Below, one piece after another: positions 1 to 13,057 of a stretch of 64,000 bases of DNA. The stretch covers positions 124,001-188,000 of the forward strand of contig JBPGPT010000016.1 of NCBI GenBank assembly GCA_051047955.1, given 5' to 3'. Within the stretch, counting starts at the first letter, position 1. Each line of letters starts with the position of its first letter. Under the pieces are notes generated by a model. It was not told the origin of the DNA. It made no database searches and saw nothing but the letters and a program-made list of their open reading frames with translations. The position numbers and the translations under genes were made by a program. This DNA comes from Cystobasidiomycetes sp. EMM_F5 (Eukaryota).

Positions 1-755
1 ATGCGAAGAGCCGTTCGCGAAGTCTCAGCCAATGAAGCCGCAACGTCGGTCGATGATGGTGATGTCACCCCATTCCGTTGTGCTGATTGGGCGGGCCACA
101 TAAGGCGACAGTCGCATAGCCAGTTGAACGTTGCTGTGTATGTCGAGTCTCTTCCTGGTTTATCTGTACCAGACCTGCGTCATGCCCGCACGCTACCGAG
201 CGAACTAGCGGACGGTCCTGTCGTCGATGACCTGGAGTGCAGCAAGCAAGCGAATGCGCTTCACAATGCGTGTAGCGAATAAAATCCGGAGTCCCTCTTA
301 ATCGAACGCAGAATTTGTGTGTTGTCGAATTCCAAGGGGTTCCTCAGTCATCTCTGCGCGTAAAGGTGGACCGGATGGATTTGATCAAAATCTAGCACCC
401 CACTTTCGAGTTGTACTAGGCGTGGTCAAGTATCTACGACATCATTTGCTATGTACGGCAGCTCGTCCGTAAACATGTCTCATTGTTGCCCGGGCGTGCG
501 AAGGTAAATGCTCCTAACGAGACCCAGGCTTCGCAATTTTTTTTGAAATTTATTTCTGCATCTTCGGATGACAACGGTGAAGAATGCTTGCCTGCTGGAC
601 GAGCTATGCGACTCTCAAAAGTTAGGATTACGTTACGCCAAGCAGACTAGACCCAGACTATAACTAGCTTATGATGTCCGCCTTCTCCACCGTTGCAGCC
701 CTTTTACATTTTGCTCTTTTGCTTGTTGTTCTCTTGCCCATGGTATTCGACAGAC

Positions 756-1509
756 TTATCGTCCGCCGTGGTGTCCACCAGACATTGCGCCTTTGGAGAC
801 GGAGTTGCCTCCATCCTGGGCCGCACTACAAAGAGACATCGGTTCAGCATCGCAAAAGCAGATACTCTTTTCCAACAACTCACTTCTTGACAGCCGACTC
901 CTTTGTCCTGCCGACACCCTTAGCGGTACGATTGTTGCCTTCCTTTAAAACTTTGATAACGGCATCATCCTTGTTTTTCGACGAAAGGTCGTTTTCGAGC
1001 TGAGCTTTGCTCGCCGTCTCCCACTGTCCTTGCGCGCCAGTCGCAGAGTGATAGACTTCGAATTTGCCCTGATAGAAGTAGGATGAAATTAGCAACAGTT
1101 CAGTAGTCGAGATGGATGATGCACCCACCACAAAGCTAGTCAACGCAATCGTACTGAGATGCATTGAACAGGGATTCAGTACGTTTGATAGCGGAGGGGT
1201 ACTCATTCACAGCGTGAGTATACGTACGTGTCTGTATATGCACATAAAAGCGTTCGCAAACAGACACAGCGATCAGCACTACGAGCGGAACCAAGGTGAA
1301 ACCTCCAGCTGGACGACCCACCGCCAGCCTTCCACTTCTCGTATTCCTCATTGTTATCCACGTAGACGCAGTAGGCGTCGGTCCTGTGAAATGACCATTG
1401 ATTGCATGTCAGAACCGAGCCCAGCAGGACACGACAGGCACGGTCCGAGCTCGAATTGGATTGCTGCTCACGAGTTGGGGTCTGGCTGATAGACGATCTG
1501 AATAGACAT
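756..1509 (-). CDS. RTC3: SBDS N-terminal-domain / Rtc3 (YHR087W, DUF1960)-like protein, 6 exons
   Basis: Manual splicing gives MSIQIVYQPDPNSTDAYCVYVDNNEEYEKWKAGDTTIALTSFVGKFEVYHSATGAQGQWETASKAQLENDLSSKNKDDAVIKVLKEG...GGHHGGR*. The FEV...GAQG...ASKAQLEN motif matches yeast Rtc3. ATG at 1509, TAA at 756-758. Confidence 0.8.
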
Positions 1510-1689
1510 GGTGGATGTATATCGCGTGTGCTGAATTTGCTATTCTCGGACGTGGTGGGTATGAGAGGGAAGGCAACCTCTGACGTCGTCAAATTCCATG
1601 TAGGCGGTCAAGATGGAGACGGCCGAAAGGGTGAAAACAACGCCAATTCGATGAACATCGGTGCCCATCTATATATTGTCACACTATAA

Positions 1690-2708
1690 TCACTTCTCGT
1701 ACACAAACTTGTTTACGAGCGTTCCGATACCCTCAAACCAAATGTGCATAGTCTCGCCGTCCTTGATTATACGCCGAGGGCTACGAGTCCATCCAATACC
1801 TGCAGCGGTGCCGAAGAGTATGATGGTCCCCTTCTCGAGAGTCGTGCCCTGCGAAAGGAAAGAGACTGCTTTTTTGGTGGTGAAGATCATGTCGCTGCGA
1901 CAAAGCATAAATAAGAAAACAAGAGGACGAAGGGTTCGACTGGATGCTCACCTGGTATTAGAGTGCTGCACTACCTCGCCAGAGAGCGTGCCCTTATGTT
2001 CCAATTTGTCCGGATTGATTGCAGAAGCCCTGACCAGGACAGGCCCGATTGGACAAGCGTTGTCGAGGCCCTTGGAGTATCCCCTGTACACGTTGTACGT
2101 ATGATCAGCGCGTGTAGGATCGATAGATTGTTTAGTTGGCATACCACTGCGAGTTTGCGAATTGAAGCTTGCGTGCTGACACATCATTGGCACCAGTATA
2201 GCTGCGCACACAACTCAGTGCAACCCTTTCAACAGTTGAGACTGATTTCTCACCCTAGAATATAGTCTGGTACTTTATCTTCCGTGATATCCTTGGCATC
2301 CTGAGAGATGACGCAGGCGAGCTCCGTCTCGTAGTCGAGCTGATCATCCTGCGCCCACTTGGATACTGGCAGGTCTCCCGGACCAGCCAGGGAAGTTCGC
2401 GGTTTGATAAAGAGTACAGGTTCTTTCGGCTCCTGCAGCCCGGCCTCTTTGGCATGTTCCCGAAAGTTGAGGCCGAGGCAACGGATGAGGGAGCATTCTT
2501 GACGAGAGATGGGAGCTAGGAGACTCTTGACGCGTACTTTCTTATTTGTGACGGTGCCCGTGTAGATATCGCCTTGAATCAGGAAGACGTCGACCGGCTT
2601 TCCCGAAGCCACAGCCAATCCGATATCTTCGTCGTTGTCGGCGGGCTGTCCAAGGCGGACATCGCCAGCGTCATCCTCAAATCGCACGAGTCTTGTCCAG
2701 GCTGACAT
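1690..2708 (-). CDS. Fumarylacetoacetate hydrolase (FAH) family protein, multi-exon
   Basis: MSAWTRLVRF start; CLGLNFREHAKE, PVLFIKP, LDYETEL, KGLDNACPIGP and GTIILFGTAAGIG motifs across ORFs 2250-2861, 1948-2211 and 1690-1908. Confidence 0.9.
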
Positions 2709-2866
2709 GTTGTAGTCGTATTTGCAACGTAGGCTAAAGCAAAACAATGCCGAAAGTGAAGCGGCAAACGAAAGCGATCCGCAATCAGACGGTATTTTTT
2801 CTCCAACAGGAGGGTTGTCAAACCAATACACAAATACAGAAATCAAAACTTGCCTGAACAAGCATC

Positions 2867-3492
2867 ATGGTCAGGACATCCACCGCTACGAGACTTGCCC
2901 TCGACTAATATGCTTCACTGTAGTCTCAGGTCCCGGACTCAAGTACCTGGGTATGACAGCATGAGAGGTCGAAAACAAGCAGCTGATTAGCTCGACAGGC
3001 AACAGGCGGTGATCCAATGACCTCAAAGCAGGAGGTGTGTCGCTGGCTATGTCAGAAACGACGAAGCTATATGTTGACGCGTATCATATTTGCCAGGGCT
3101 TTATTCAGTCTTTGGCCGAGCAGAAGGGCGTAGACGTCGACACAGCAGTATTGAACAAGGGAGACGCATCTGCCAAGATCAACGAGCTGAAGAACATGCC
3201 AGCTCAAGGAGGGTCCGGGTCGACGACATCTTCCGACAACAAACAGGGTGATGCCATCGCGCAACCAACCGAATCATGGACGACAGGCGATGATCCAGCT
3301 ACTCAGAAGCAGCGAGGCTACAGTGAGTGCCGATGATCGCAACAGTAGTAAAGCGGCTGACCTGCTGTCTCTGCTGTCTCTGCAGTCGCTGCGATGGCGA
3401 ACAAAGCCGGAGAAGATGTCAATTTGGGAGCATTAAACAAAGCAGATGCGAGCAAAACGATAGAGGAGTTGAAGTCAAAGACTGGAATGTAG
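2867..3492 (+). CDS. Small protein with two tandem DUF3072-like repeats, 5 exons
   Basis: Spliced product contains WATGGDPMTSKQEGFIQSLAEQKG...LNKGDASAKINELK and WTTGDDPATQKQRGY...LNKADASKTIEELKSKTGM*. All junctions are GT..AG. Confidence 0.7.
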
Positions 3493-3701
3493 CCAGCGGC
3501 ATGCACATTGAGCGCAAGACAGCATCATAAACCTGTAAGAGCTAGCTACGCGCGCGCGGTGGTCACGTTTTGATACAAAAAATGAATGACGACATCGGGC
3601 TGTTGGAAGCCGGAGCTGTTGCCGAATACTCCATCTCCTAGCTTGTTGGGCCAATTCCATTTCTACTATCTGTCGCAATCCTCGTCTAACAACCCTCAGA
3701 A

Positions 3702-4184
3702 ATGGCTAACGTCAACAGCGCACCGCAGTAAGGCAGACGAGCAGGCAATTTTTCCATCATCCGCATGTAATCTGACTTCCGCGTCCTGAAGCTTCTCCAG
3801 CACCAACACGGCTCAGCCAACGAACGTGGTACAGCGTAAGCTGACACAGAATTAGACGACATGAATGCTCAAAATTCCTGCTTTCCTCAGCCACTGGCGC
3901 TGTAACGTCTGCCGACCCGACAGGCGTATCTTCCATCGGAGCTGGCGGCGCAAGCGGCTCTTACAGCGGTGATCAGGGCGCAACATCCGATACCATCTTC
4001 AACAGCCAGAACTCGTAAGCTTAGCCTTCTTGCCGCGGCAGAGGCAATGCTGAAAACGTCCCCGCTTTCAAACAGAGACTCACCAGCCGATAATGGCGAC
4101 AAGCCCAAGAGTGTGCTAAGCAAGATTAAGAACGCTTTCTCTACACATGATGAGCATGGCAACCCCAAGCCTGTTCAGTCTTAA
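3702..4184 (+). CDS. Small hydrophilic hypothetical protein, 4 exons
   Basis: ATG at 3702. Three GTAAG donors with matching AG acceptors join in frame to give MANVNSAPHFSSTNTAQPTNVVQPTGAV...KSVLSKIKNAFSTHDEHGNPKPVQS*. Confidence 0.6.
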
Positions 4185-4337
4185 GAGTCGCACAACTCTG
4201 CATATGGGAGAGAATGTCAATCCCAGATCCCAAGAAACGTGTAGCCAGTAAACAACCGACAAGAACAAATGTCAAAGAGTAGCTTGAGACGTCGAACAGC
4301 TTAATGACACAACAACAGAACTGACTGACATCCCAAA

Positions 4338-5574
4338 TCAAACATCGCTCTTCTGTTTCCTTCTTTTAGTCCGATCTGCTCGTAAAGCACGACCAAGAGT
4401 CGTATTTTGCCGGCCTGATCTCTTCGTATACTCTTCTGCCACAGAGAAAGCCGCGTAGACGATTGTGACTACCACGCTTGCCACGAACAGAGGGAAGAGC
4501 AGTCCGAATCGCCATCTGTACAGAGCGAGTAGCTGACCGACATATCGAATCATGACCTTCATTCCCAATTTTGATGACCCTGTCTGCCGCTTTGCGAAGC
4601 CATATGGTACATGCGTGAGTTGAGTTGCAGTAAGCGGCGTCTTTAGCAGTAGCTCCAGGCCAATCTTGAAGCCTGAAGGATTCAGAGGTTGCGATGCCAG
4701 AAACTGAAGATCGTGAAGAATCGAGTAAGATGAGCCAATAATACCTGCCATGCATGCGTGCGAAACATCTTACCAAAGTCTTCCGTAAAGCGAAGAACCC
4801 GCCCATTGGATCTTGGGCATTTGTTAGCGGACGGGACAGCATGCGAGCTCCCCAGGAGATTATGCGCCGGTACACTGGCCAATCTTTATCCATCTGTATT
4901 CCCTTGCCATATCGTGTACCCAAGGCAAAGAGCGGACCGGGGACTTCGCCGTCCATATCCCTCCGGGCTTCCAACGCTTCAAGAAGGGTCGGCACGCTCT
5001 CTGGGGGATGCTGCAAGTCTGCATCCATGACTAGAAGCTTTGACCCGCGAGCCAGAGTGAAGCCATGGAGAACGGCCGACGACAGTCCGCGTTCGGTTGT
5101 CCGCACGTGTAAATGCACATTATAGCCAGCTTCCCTCAATCTTTCGATAATATCTGCCGTGTCGTCGCTGGAATTATCATCGATGACCAGTATCTCTGTA
5201 TGCCGCACCTGGCTTGATGGTAGAGCTTGAAATATGCGCGACACGCTTCTCGAATGAAAGGAGGAATACGCAGATTCAGCGTCCATGGATAGAACAGAAC
5301 TTGTACTATGAGAGACGCGTCGTGCTCACAGTGGTTCTAGATTCGGCCCTTCGTTATAGCTTGGTACCACTATCGAATTCAGGATGTCATTGCTTTGCTC
5401 GTTGTCGATTCCAGAGGTTGCCGTCCCAGCAGCTTGCGCACGCTCGAGCGGATGAAAGAGCGCGCCTGATGAGGGAGTTATCGTCCAGAGAGCGATTATT
5501 GCCAGAAAGCTGGAAGCGAGCGAGACTTTGGCTCGAAACGACAGCCTTTCAAGCCATGTTTTCGCCCTCGCCAT
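4338..5574 (-). CDS. DPM1: Dolichol-phosphate mannosyltransferase (GT2) with N- and C-terminal hydrophobic segments
   Basis: SIVVPSYNEGPNL, IDDNSSD, GLSSAVLHGF, VMDADLQHPP (DxD), GFKIGLELL and R.TGSSKL motifs. Confidence 0.85.
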
Positions 5575-6164
5575 GGCCAGTGGTGGAGCCTTCAGCAAGC
5601 CTAAAGAGCAGTGCTTATTGACTGTAACCCCCTGCCACCTCTCGCCCTCAGATCTTGGAGTGCAGCTTTAGAGAATGAAAAGAGGACGCAAGCGGCTTAC
5701 GCTGGGACCGGATTGTTTGGTCAAATACCTTGACGGCCAAATACGCCAAAGGGAGAATTTTGCATGAATCCACAGCTGTATTGAAGCTGACTGAGCGCCT
5801 CAGAACAGCTCTTGCATATGCGTAGCATCGGGCAAGTTGGGCGATGTGTTCGTCGCTGCCTGGCTGAGAGGTCCGAGCTTTCGCGCGAATTTGCTACAAG
5901 GACCGCCTTATTAGTTTATTTGTAGAGTATTTTGACTCGTCTGTAAGATTTGAAGCCTGTAAGCTGATAATGCACAGACGTGACTGGCTTCCGGGGTTGT
6001 TTGGGATCTAGTGGCAATGCGGAGTCTCTGCAACCACACCAATTGCCCACAACACATGTACGAGTCAATCAAGTTCTGATACTTCGCTGGCTACTATGAG
6101 TCTGCGATACTGACAGTCTTGGCCAAGAGTACCGCACACCCTCAAGACACAGTAGGATGTAGAT

Positions 6165-9100
6165 ATGGCCGAGACATCACAAGGACCAGCTGGGTTGCGG
6201 CCTGCATTGCTGCCCCGCAGAAGTACTGCCAGGGCGCAGCTCGACACTTTCTCCCGCCTACAGCTCGCGGCCGCCCTCATCGAATGCGACTATGAGGTCG
6301 ATGGCAAGAACGCCGAGCAATCTGCGATATTCGTGCCCTTCCGGACTGGCGAACAGCTAGACTTGGACAGAGTGTACGAGTACAATGATGGACACGATGC
6401 ATATGCCGAGCAGTATCAGCAGGACTATCCCTTTGAAACGGCCACCGACACCAACAGGCTGTCAGCGTCTCACGATGCTGGTACGACTCTAGAATGGCAT
6501 GCTCCGCAGCACTCTAGAGGACCCTCTGCCTCTTCTTGGAATCACAAGAGTCCGTCATTGACATTAGATAATCGAGCCAGCCTTGCAATTGCACATCCCC
6601 AAGCGAGTGGCCGTGATATCAACGATGATACCGACCTTGCAAGTCAATGGGGTCTGGACGGTGTCATGTCCAAGTTTGAGCAAGGCATTTTTGATCCGTC
6701 TGCTGAACAGCAGGAGAAGCGCAAGAGGAGAAAACGTGCAGATACCGCTCACACAGACATATCAGAGTACGATACTACGGTCATTGGCGTGCCTCGTGAC
6801 GGTGACGACCATGCATCAGCGTGGGACGGGCAGAATCACGATGACAACGGGTCGCATGCTTCACGACAGAAGGCTGCCTCCATGCGACACAGCACATTCA
6901 GTGCATCCTTTCACGACATCGATACGATGATGAACCCTAACCATGCTACGAATGATTATGATGCTAAATTTGATAACAACACAGGCCTGGCGGATGCGCA
7001 AACATCGTCTGCCTATGCTGCTGAGCAAGTGGCTCGACCATCCTCCAGCACAGGTGCATACGTCAGCCGATTCGATCCAAAAGCCGTTGCTGCACTCCGA
7101 GAAGAGCAATTCTCGTCAAAACTACGATTCCCCAATTCGCTCAATCCGAAAATTCTCATCATGCCTGCTCCACTGGCTGATCCTGCGGCGGAAGAAGCGG
7201 AAGAGCAGCGATATCGGGAGGAGGAAGAGCAAGCCTTGCGACAAGCTTTGGCAGCTATGCCTCGTCCGCATGTCGATAGAGAGCCCGGCAAGCTGTACGG
7301 TCGTAGTTTGATGGATGAGCTGGCCGAACGCAAGGTCCGCCAGAAAGCAAAGAACCGTGCTTTCCAGGGCGACAGTCGCAGAGCAATGATGGACAATCCA
7401 GTTTCACTAGCAAATAGACGCCGAGTTCCGAGTCCGCTGGGAAACACGGGTGGAGAAGGTCGTCAGTATTCGGATACCGATGGAGAAAATCGAGAATCCG
7501 GGCTTCCGGACTCTGCTCAGCTCGACAGTGATGGCAAGCGCGCAAGTGGTAGAAAGGGCCCATCGGCGAATGATGCCGATCCATGGGCAAAGTATGCATC
7601 CCGAAAAGACGTCTCTACAGCTGCCGGTCACTCCGACGGCACAAACAATGCCGCAGCGAAACGCGTGACCACTCTGCTCTCACCGGGTCAGGTCGAGACC
7701 GCTTCACAAGCAGAAGGCATGCCTTCACAATCAAACAAAGTCTCGCTTTCTACCAAGGAATTACAGGCTCAATATAAGCGTGCTTCAATGCTGAGTCTGG
7801 GCTTGCTCACTATATCACAAGCCGATGTGACCGAGGATGATGGCGAGGATGACGACATGCCTTTGCATGCTCGACAACAAGTCCTTGCAGCTGCTCCTAT
7901 CCCTTCGGCTGTCGATCGAACCACTCACGATGCCGAAGAACCGACGGTGGATCCCAACGCAGCAGTACCTTCGGTCTTTGGCCATGACCTGGTCATGCAA
8001 AGGGAACTGGCGAAGCTGGAGAAAATTCTGGCAGTCGAAGAAGCCGAGCGAAAGATTGCACAGGCTAAGCAGCGAGTAAAGGATGCCGAGCAAGCACAGA
8101 AAGACGCAAAGAAGCGCGCCAAAGAGGAGAAGCGTATGCAGAAAAAGAAGGAAAGGGACCGCAAGAAAGGCATCGTGGTGGATGATGCGACGAAAGTCGC
8201 AGTACAACCCTCTCACACAGTACCGGCCGGAGCCGATGAGGCGAATACAGCCGCAGTAGAGCCTGGTACACGTGCACTGTCCTGTATGGCAGATCAAAGA
8301 GACTGACTCTGCTTGTGTTACCCAGATATGGAGTACTACATGAAGGGTCGGCACGATGACAGACTTAGCCTGCCGTTACAAAAGGAGGCACAGTTTGCGG
8401 ACGAAGACGACGAGCTTTGGAACCCTCATCGAAGTAGTATGTCTTCATCTCTATCTCAAACCTCTGATTATGTCACTCATATCGTTGGCTTAGGCATGTT
8501 GCCGCTGCCAGGTGATTCGCCTACAGCTTCTGTACTTCCTTCGCTTGACACTGGGCCTCCGATCCTGGATGCTACACCTTCTTTGACCTTGTCTCTGATG
8601 CCGATGACCTTCGATGACTCCGAGCAACCTCCGAAGGCCGCTCGCCGATCTCGCACTCGACTTAAGAGTAGACAAAGCAAAGCGCGAAGTTGGTTCAATG
8701 ATGGAAAGGCGGGTACTTCTTCCGCTTCGGCATCGTCTGCCTCTTCCGGCGGCGGATCTCAGGATGGGAGAAGGAGACGCGGCGAGCGAAACGGACGACG
8801 CAGCACACTAGATCATCATGCGGATGACGGCGAAGGGACTGGCCAGCCAAGTACTGCGGAGACCAGTGACTCTCTGACGTTAATGGACTTCACGAAACAG
8901 CCAGAACTGAAACGATTGTCGGGTAATGACAGCTTTGCTGGCATTCTGCAAGACATGGGTCTCGAGTCCAAGTCCGACGATGAAGACGTTGGCAAAATTG
9001 GCAAGCGCAGAGCAAAGAAATTTGCGTTGCATACGGCAGACAGTGAGAATGAGGAAGAAGAGAGTGCTCCTTTATCGAAGGTCCTCGCTCGCAGAAGCCA

Positions 9101-9877
9101 AATGTTGCTGCCTTCGGCTCGCGTCGGCATGCACGCACCTCAGCTAGACTTTGGTCTCGGTTCGCTTTCTCTGGCGCACGACAGAGACGAAGATAGTCCG
9201 GTTAATGACAGAACAAGGCCGCTCAGTGTGGTGACATCTGAAAGTAGTGCTGCTACAAACGAGGAAGATGACACGCCTCTGGCAGTACAGAAAGTTCAAG
9301 GCGCGGTAGCTGCTGCGAATGCTGCCAAGGGCAAACATCTCGACTTGGCATTCGAGGGCATGCAAGTTGCTGATGCGGAGACTAGCGAAGACGAGGAAGA
9401 TGACATACCGCTTGCGCTGAGGCAAGAAGATGACGCACCGCTGGGTCAGACGCACCCGACGGGCTCTCATGCACTCGCAATGCAGTACCAGGCGGAACGC
9501 AATTTGGAAACCATGAAGCAGATGCAGGCACAGTATGAAGTACAACATCGCATGCATATGCAGATGCAGCTACAGCATGCAGCATTGGAGCAAGGTATGT
9601 GCACAACTGCGTCACCCAACGTCATTATCCCCTTTAACATCGTGATCTTGATTTGTTCGCAGCCGCACTGCAAGGCCACATCTCTGCCTCGGAGATTGGA
9701 TACGCTGCGCCCCCATCTGCAGTGTCATGGGGAGGCGCGGCAAGCGATATTGGTATGAACATGCAACCCGATCCTAAGCTTGTGTCGTCGGTAGATCGGT
9801 ATGTGATCTGCGCTGCCACACATTACGAAGCTGATTCGTACGCTCTTGCGCTCAGGTGGCGGCAAAACGTAGTGTGA
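6165..9877 (+). CDS. Large low-complexity hypothetical protein with coiled coils and repeated acidic (D/E)xxPL motifs
   Basis: ORFs 6165-8306 and 8313-9758 are joined by a GT-AG intron. Short 3' exons end ...VDRWRQNVV*. No catalytic motif recognised. Confidence 0.7.
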
Positions 9878-9970
9878 GATGTCTTTGCCGGCTGATGCCA
9901 TGGGCATAGATTGACCACCGTGTATCATCCAATGCGGCAATCGCTGCGCGTCCAGACTAGCTTGACCTGC

Positions 9971-10835
9971 CTATAAGCCCTTCTCTTGCAGTACCTTGCG
10001 TACAACCTTCTCGACCAGTCCTTCCATAGCACTGCTATCGCCCGACAGCACGTTGCGTACAATCTTAGATATGCCCTTTGCGACCGGGTCGATTTCGACA
10101 TTGACTGTATCGCCTGCCTTTTTATGGGTCATGACTACCAACTTTTGGCTGTGCTCGATGAGCATGATGCCGAATTCTCCTTTTGCGTCGTCCACGTTGG
10201 TGAGGGTAAGGGATGTACCATCGAGTGCAACGTAGCCTTTTGGTAGCAAACCGCTAGAATACTCTTCTTTGGCATGTTCTGGTACGGCGAATGTATACCG
10301 TAGAGACGTGCCATCGGGAACGACCGAAACAATCTTGACTGTGAAATCGATGTGTCCTTGGACGAAATGACCGCCATAGCGTCCTCCACTCCCCATTGCT
10401 CTCTCTAAGTTGACCGGACTTCCGACGATGAGTTCGCCTGGGAAATGATGTGCGTTAACGCGACTAGCACGGAAACCCTTCCGCTACTTGCGCCTTACCC
10501 AGATTGGTTCTGCTCAATGTCTCAGGTGCTGTATACAATAAAAGCCATCAGCCGAGGGAACCCGAAGAGCTGACTGATTGCGTACCGAGCCCAACCCTGA
10601 ACCAACCTTGCTTTGCATCGAATTCAGTCACAGTGAGACACGTTCCATTGATGGCTATGCTGTCCCCGATACTGCAATCTTGCAGAATGGATGTCGCATC
10701 TCCGATAGTTAACTCGTACGTTGGCACAGGCTTGATATTAGAGACTTTGCCCATCAACTGTCAGAATTGGATCAGCGTTTCGGTCATTGCAAGCATGATG
10801 AGGAGAAATCGCACCTCTATGAGTCCCGTAAACAT
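9971..10835 (-). CDS. RIB5: Riboflavin synthase (alpha chain)
   Basis: MFTGLIE N-terminus; IGDSIAINGTCLTV, GGHFVQGHID, KGYVALDGTSLT and VNVEID motifs. Confidence 0.95.
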
Positions 10836-11046
10836 GGTTGCGCAAGTTGGCTGAATCAAAGGCGGCACATCTCGATATCCACTGCCACGCCGTCACCGAG
10901 CCATTGCGATTATTGCTTTACTCCGTTCTAACAACGCGGCAGTGAACGCAGTCCAGATATGCACCTACAATACCGCTGTTATTGAAGAAGCTGCTCCCAG
11001 TACGCTCGGCATTTCCCAATCATCAGCCGGCTATTTCTGGTCAGCC

Positions 11047-12326
11047 ATGCAGAACTGGGAACGGCACGTCCAACGAATCCGCCAGCGTTACCAGAACCTC
11101 AGCAATCGCGCTCGGTACGGTCTACTCATCTGGATTACGCTGCAATTCGCGTTCCTTGGGTTGTTATGGTGGTACACGCCGAAGCGGTTGTTTGAGAGTA
11201 GGTTACTGTTGAAAGGGAGTATCGGCACAGCTGACGACCATGCGCAGACCTTGCATCATGGGCAAATGAGTTACGCGATAGCGCCACAGGATGGCTCTGG
11301 CTTGTCCTGGTCATCAGTCTAACTAGCTTTCCCCCGATGATTGGGCAAGTTTCGCCTCTGTAACCTGCGTCCAGCTCGCTAAAGATGATTCCAAATAGAT
11401 GGACGACTACGTGCATAGTATCTGGCTTTGGCTTTGGGTTCCAGAAGGGCTTCCTCGTCGCTGTATGCGGGACCTTAATCGGATCAATGACGACGTTCAC
11501 GTACGGTTCTCCATATTCAGACCACACAGGCAGAAAAGACTGACAATCACACACAGAGTCGCAAGGTCTTTGCTATCGCGTTACGCAAAGAAGCTCATGG
11601 AACAGCAAACAACAATGCGGGCGTTAGGCAGTGCCATAGTACGGCACTCAAGCTAGACACTCTCGTTGGTACGAATCGCTGAGCTGTTCCAACAGGCCTC
11701 GCATGGTCTACCTTTGATCTGCCTGGTGCGACTCTGCCCGTTCCCATATAGCTACTCCAACTTTTTCTTCGCTTCTCTACACGAGGTGTCCTCGACGCAG
11801 TTCTTCATAGCTAATTTGGCACTATCCTTGAAGAGTACGCAACGGCTAAGATACGTCATGGCCCTGCTGACTAGGCTGATCTCAAGCAGTTTTATTGCAT
11901 GTCTATGTCGGCACGCGACTATATCTCTTCTCCGACCCGGAGACGAGGCACGAGATGGATTCGACAACCAAAATCATCAACGGTGTCGGCGTTGCCGTGT
12001 CCCTCCTTCTCGCCGTCGGCGTCGGCGGCTACGTGTACAGGGTCACTATGGCCTACGTTGCTGAAGGTCAAGTTCATCTGATCGAAGATGATCTTGAGGC
12101 ATTCTTGGAAGAAGAGGCGCGTTTGGACAATGAAGTAGCGGTACCACTCGACACTGGAGAATCTGGCCCACAAAATACAAATGCGCCGACAGGGGGTAAC
12201 GAGCGCCTACCCAGACACTCTTTGAGCATGGAGGATGATAGTACTGCAGCATGGGATGGTGCTTTTAGTGATTTTGATGGCGAGAGACGAAGCCTGGATG
12301 TTTCACGATCGAAGTCCAGACCATAG
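11047..12326 (+). CDS. TVP38: Tvp38/TMEM64 (SNARE-associated, DedA-like) Golgi membrane protein
   Basis: LTSFPPMIGWTTTCIVSGFGFG and LICLVRLCPFPYSYSNFFFAS motifs plus several TM segments. One intron is GC-AG. Confidence 0.8.
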
Positions 12327-12914
12327 ACGGTCGATGTAGCTGCTACGAATGTCTTCAGTGCCACTGCAGGTCCCGACTCTGTTGCTTTTTGCCACATGTT
12401 TTCGGTACTGCATCCACGCCTGCCGGACCACCTGCATTTTGACTATCCACTTCATGAGCTTCAGACTAGTGACAAATCACTGGACGTATAACGTCAAAGG
12501 TGCTTACCACAAGAATGCACAACGCTCTTGACTTTAACGTTCGTCATACCGACTCATGCGAACAGGCCTTCGGACTACCCGTGGACGCACTGCAACGCAC
12601 CCCATCGTGACCACACGGCATCGTGACTGCTCGGCTATTGCCAAGCCGCAAACATAGCCACAGCCTCAGATCGTGGTCTTCGTTCTCCAGGTTGTTTCAT
12701 CTCCTGCCGGATTCGGGATGCGGGGGCTGAGGAAGAGGAAACTCCCTTACGGCTTGCATCGCCGCACACGATACTGGCCCGGTTATGGAACGCTCGACGC
12801 TCTTTGTTGACTGTCTCAGGCTATGTTTATGCCAAGCTGATGTGGAAGCAGATACAGAGTTTTGGGAGTTTTGCGGGGCAGTGCAGCAGTGACACTCTGG
12901 GACGACCGAGAAGG

Positions 12915-12922
12915 TATAAATA
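12915..12922 (+). promoter_or_regulatory. TATA box (TATAAATA) upstream of the small secreted protein gene
   Basis: TATAAATA lies ~140 nt upstream of the ATG at 13058 and is followed by a CT-rich tract. Confidence 0.55.
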
Positions 12923-13057
12923 CTGTGACTTCTAACGACTGACATCTTCTCTTTCTTCTCCATACTCAACACTCTCAAACAATCTCGCCTAACCCGCCAG
13001 CTTCCGCATTATCGCAACGCATCACCAGCTACTCTAGCATTCACACTACCTTTCACA

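Noticed and set aside
1..282. Plus-strand 93-aa ORF, and a possible minus-strand gene start (ATG 101) running off the window
   Set aside because: No recognisable motif and too little sequence to support either.
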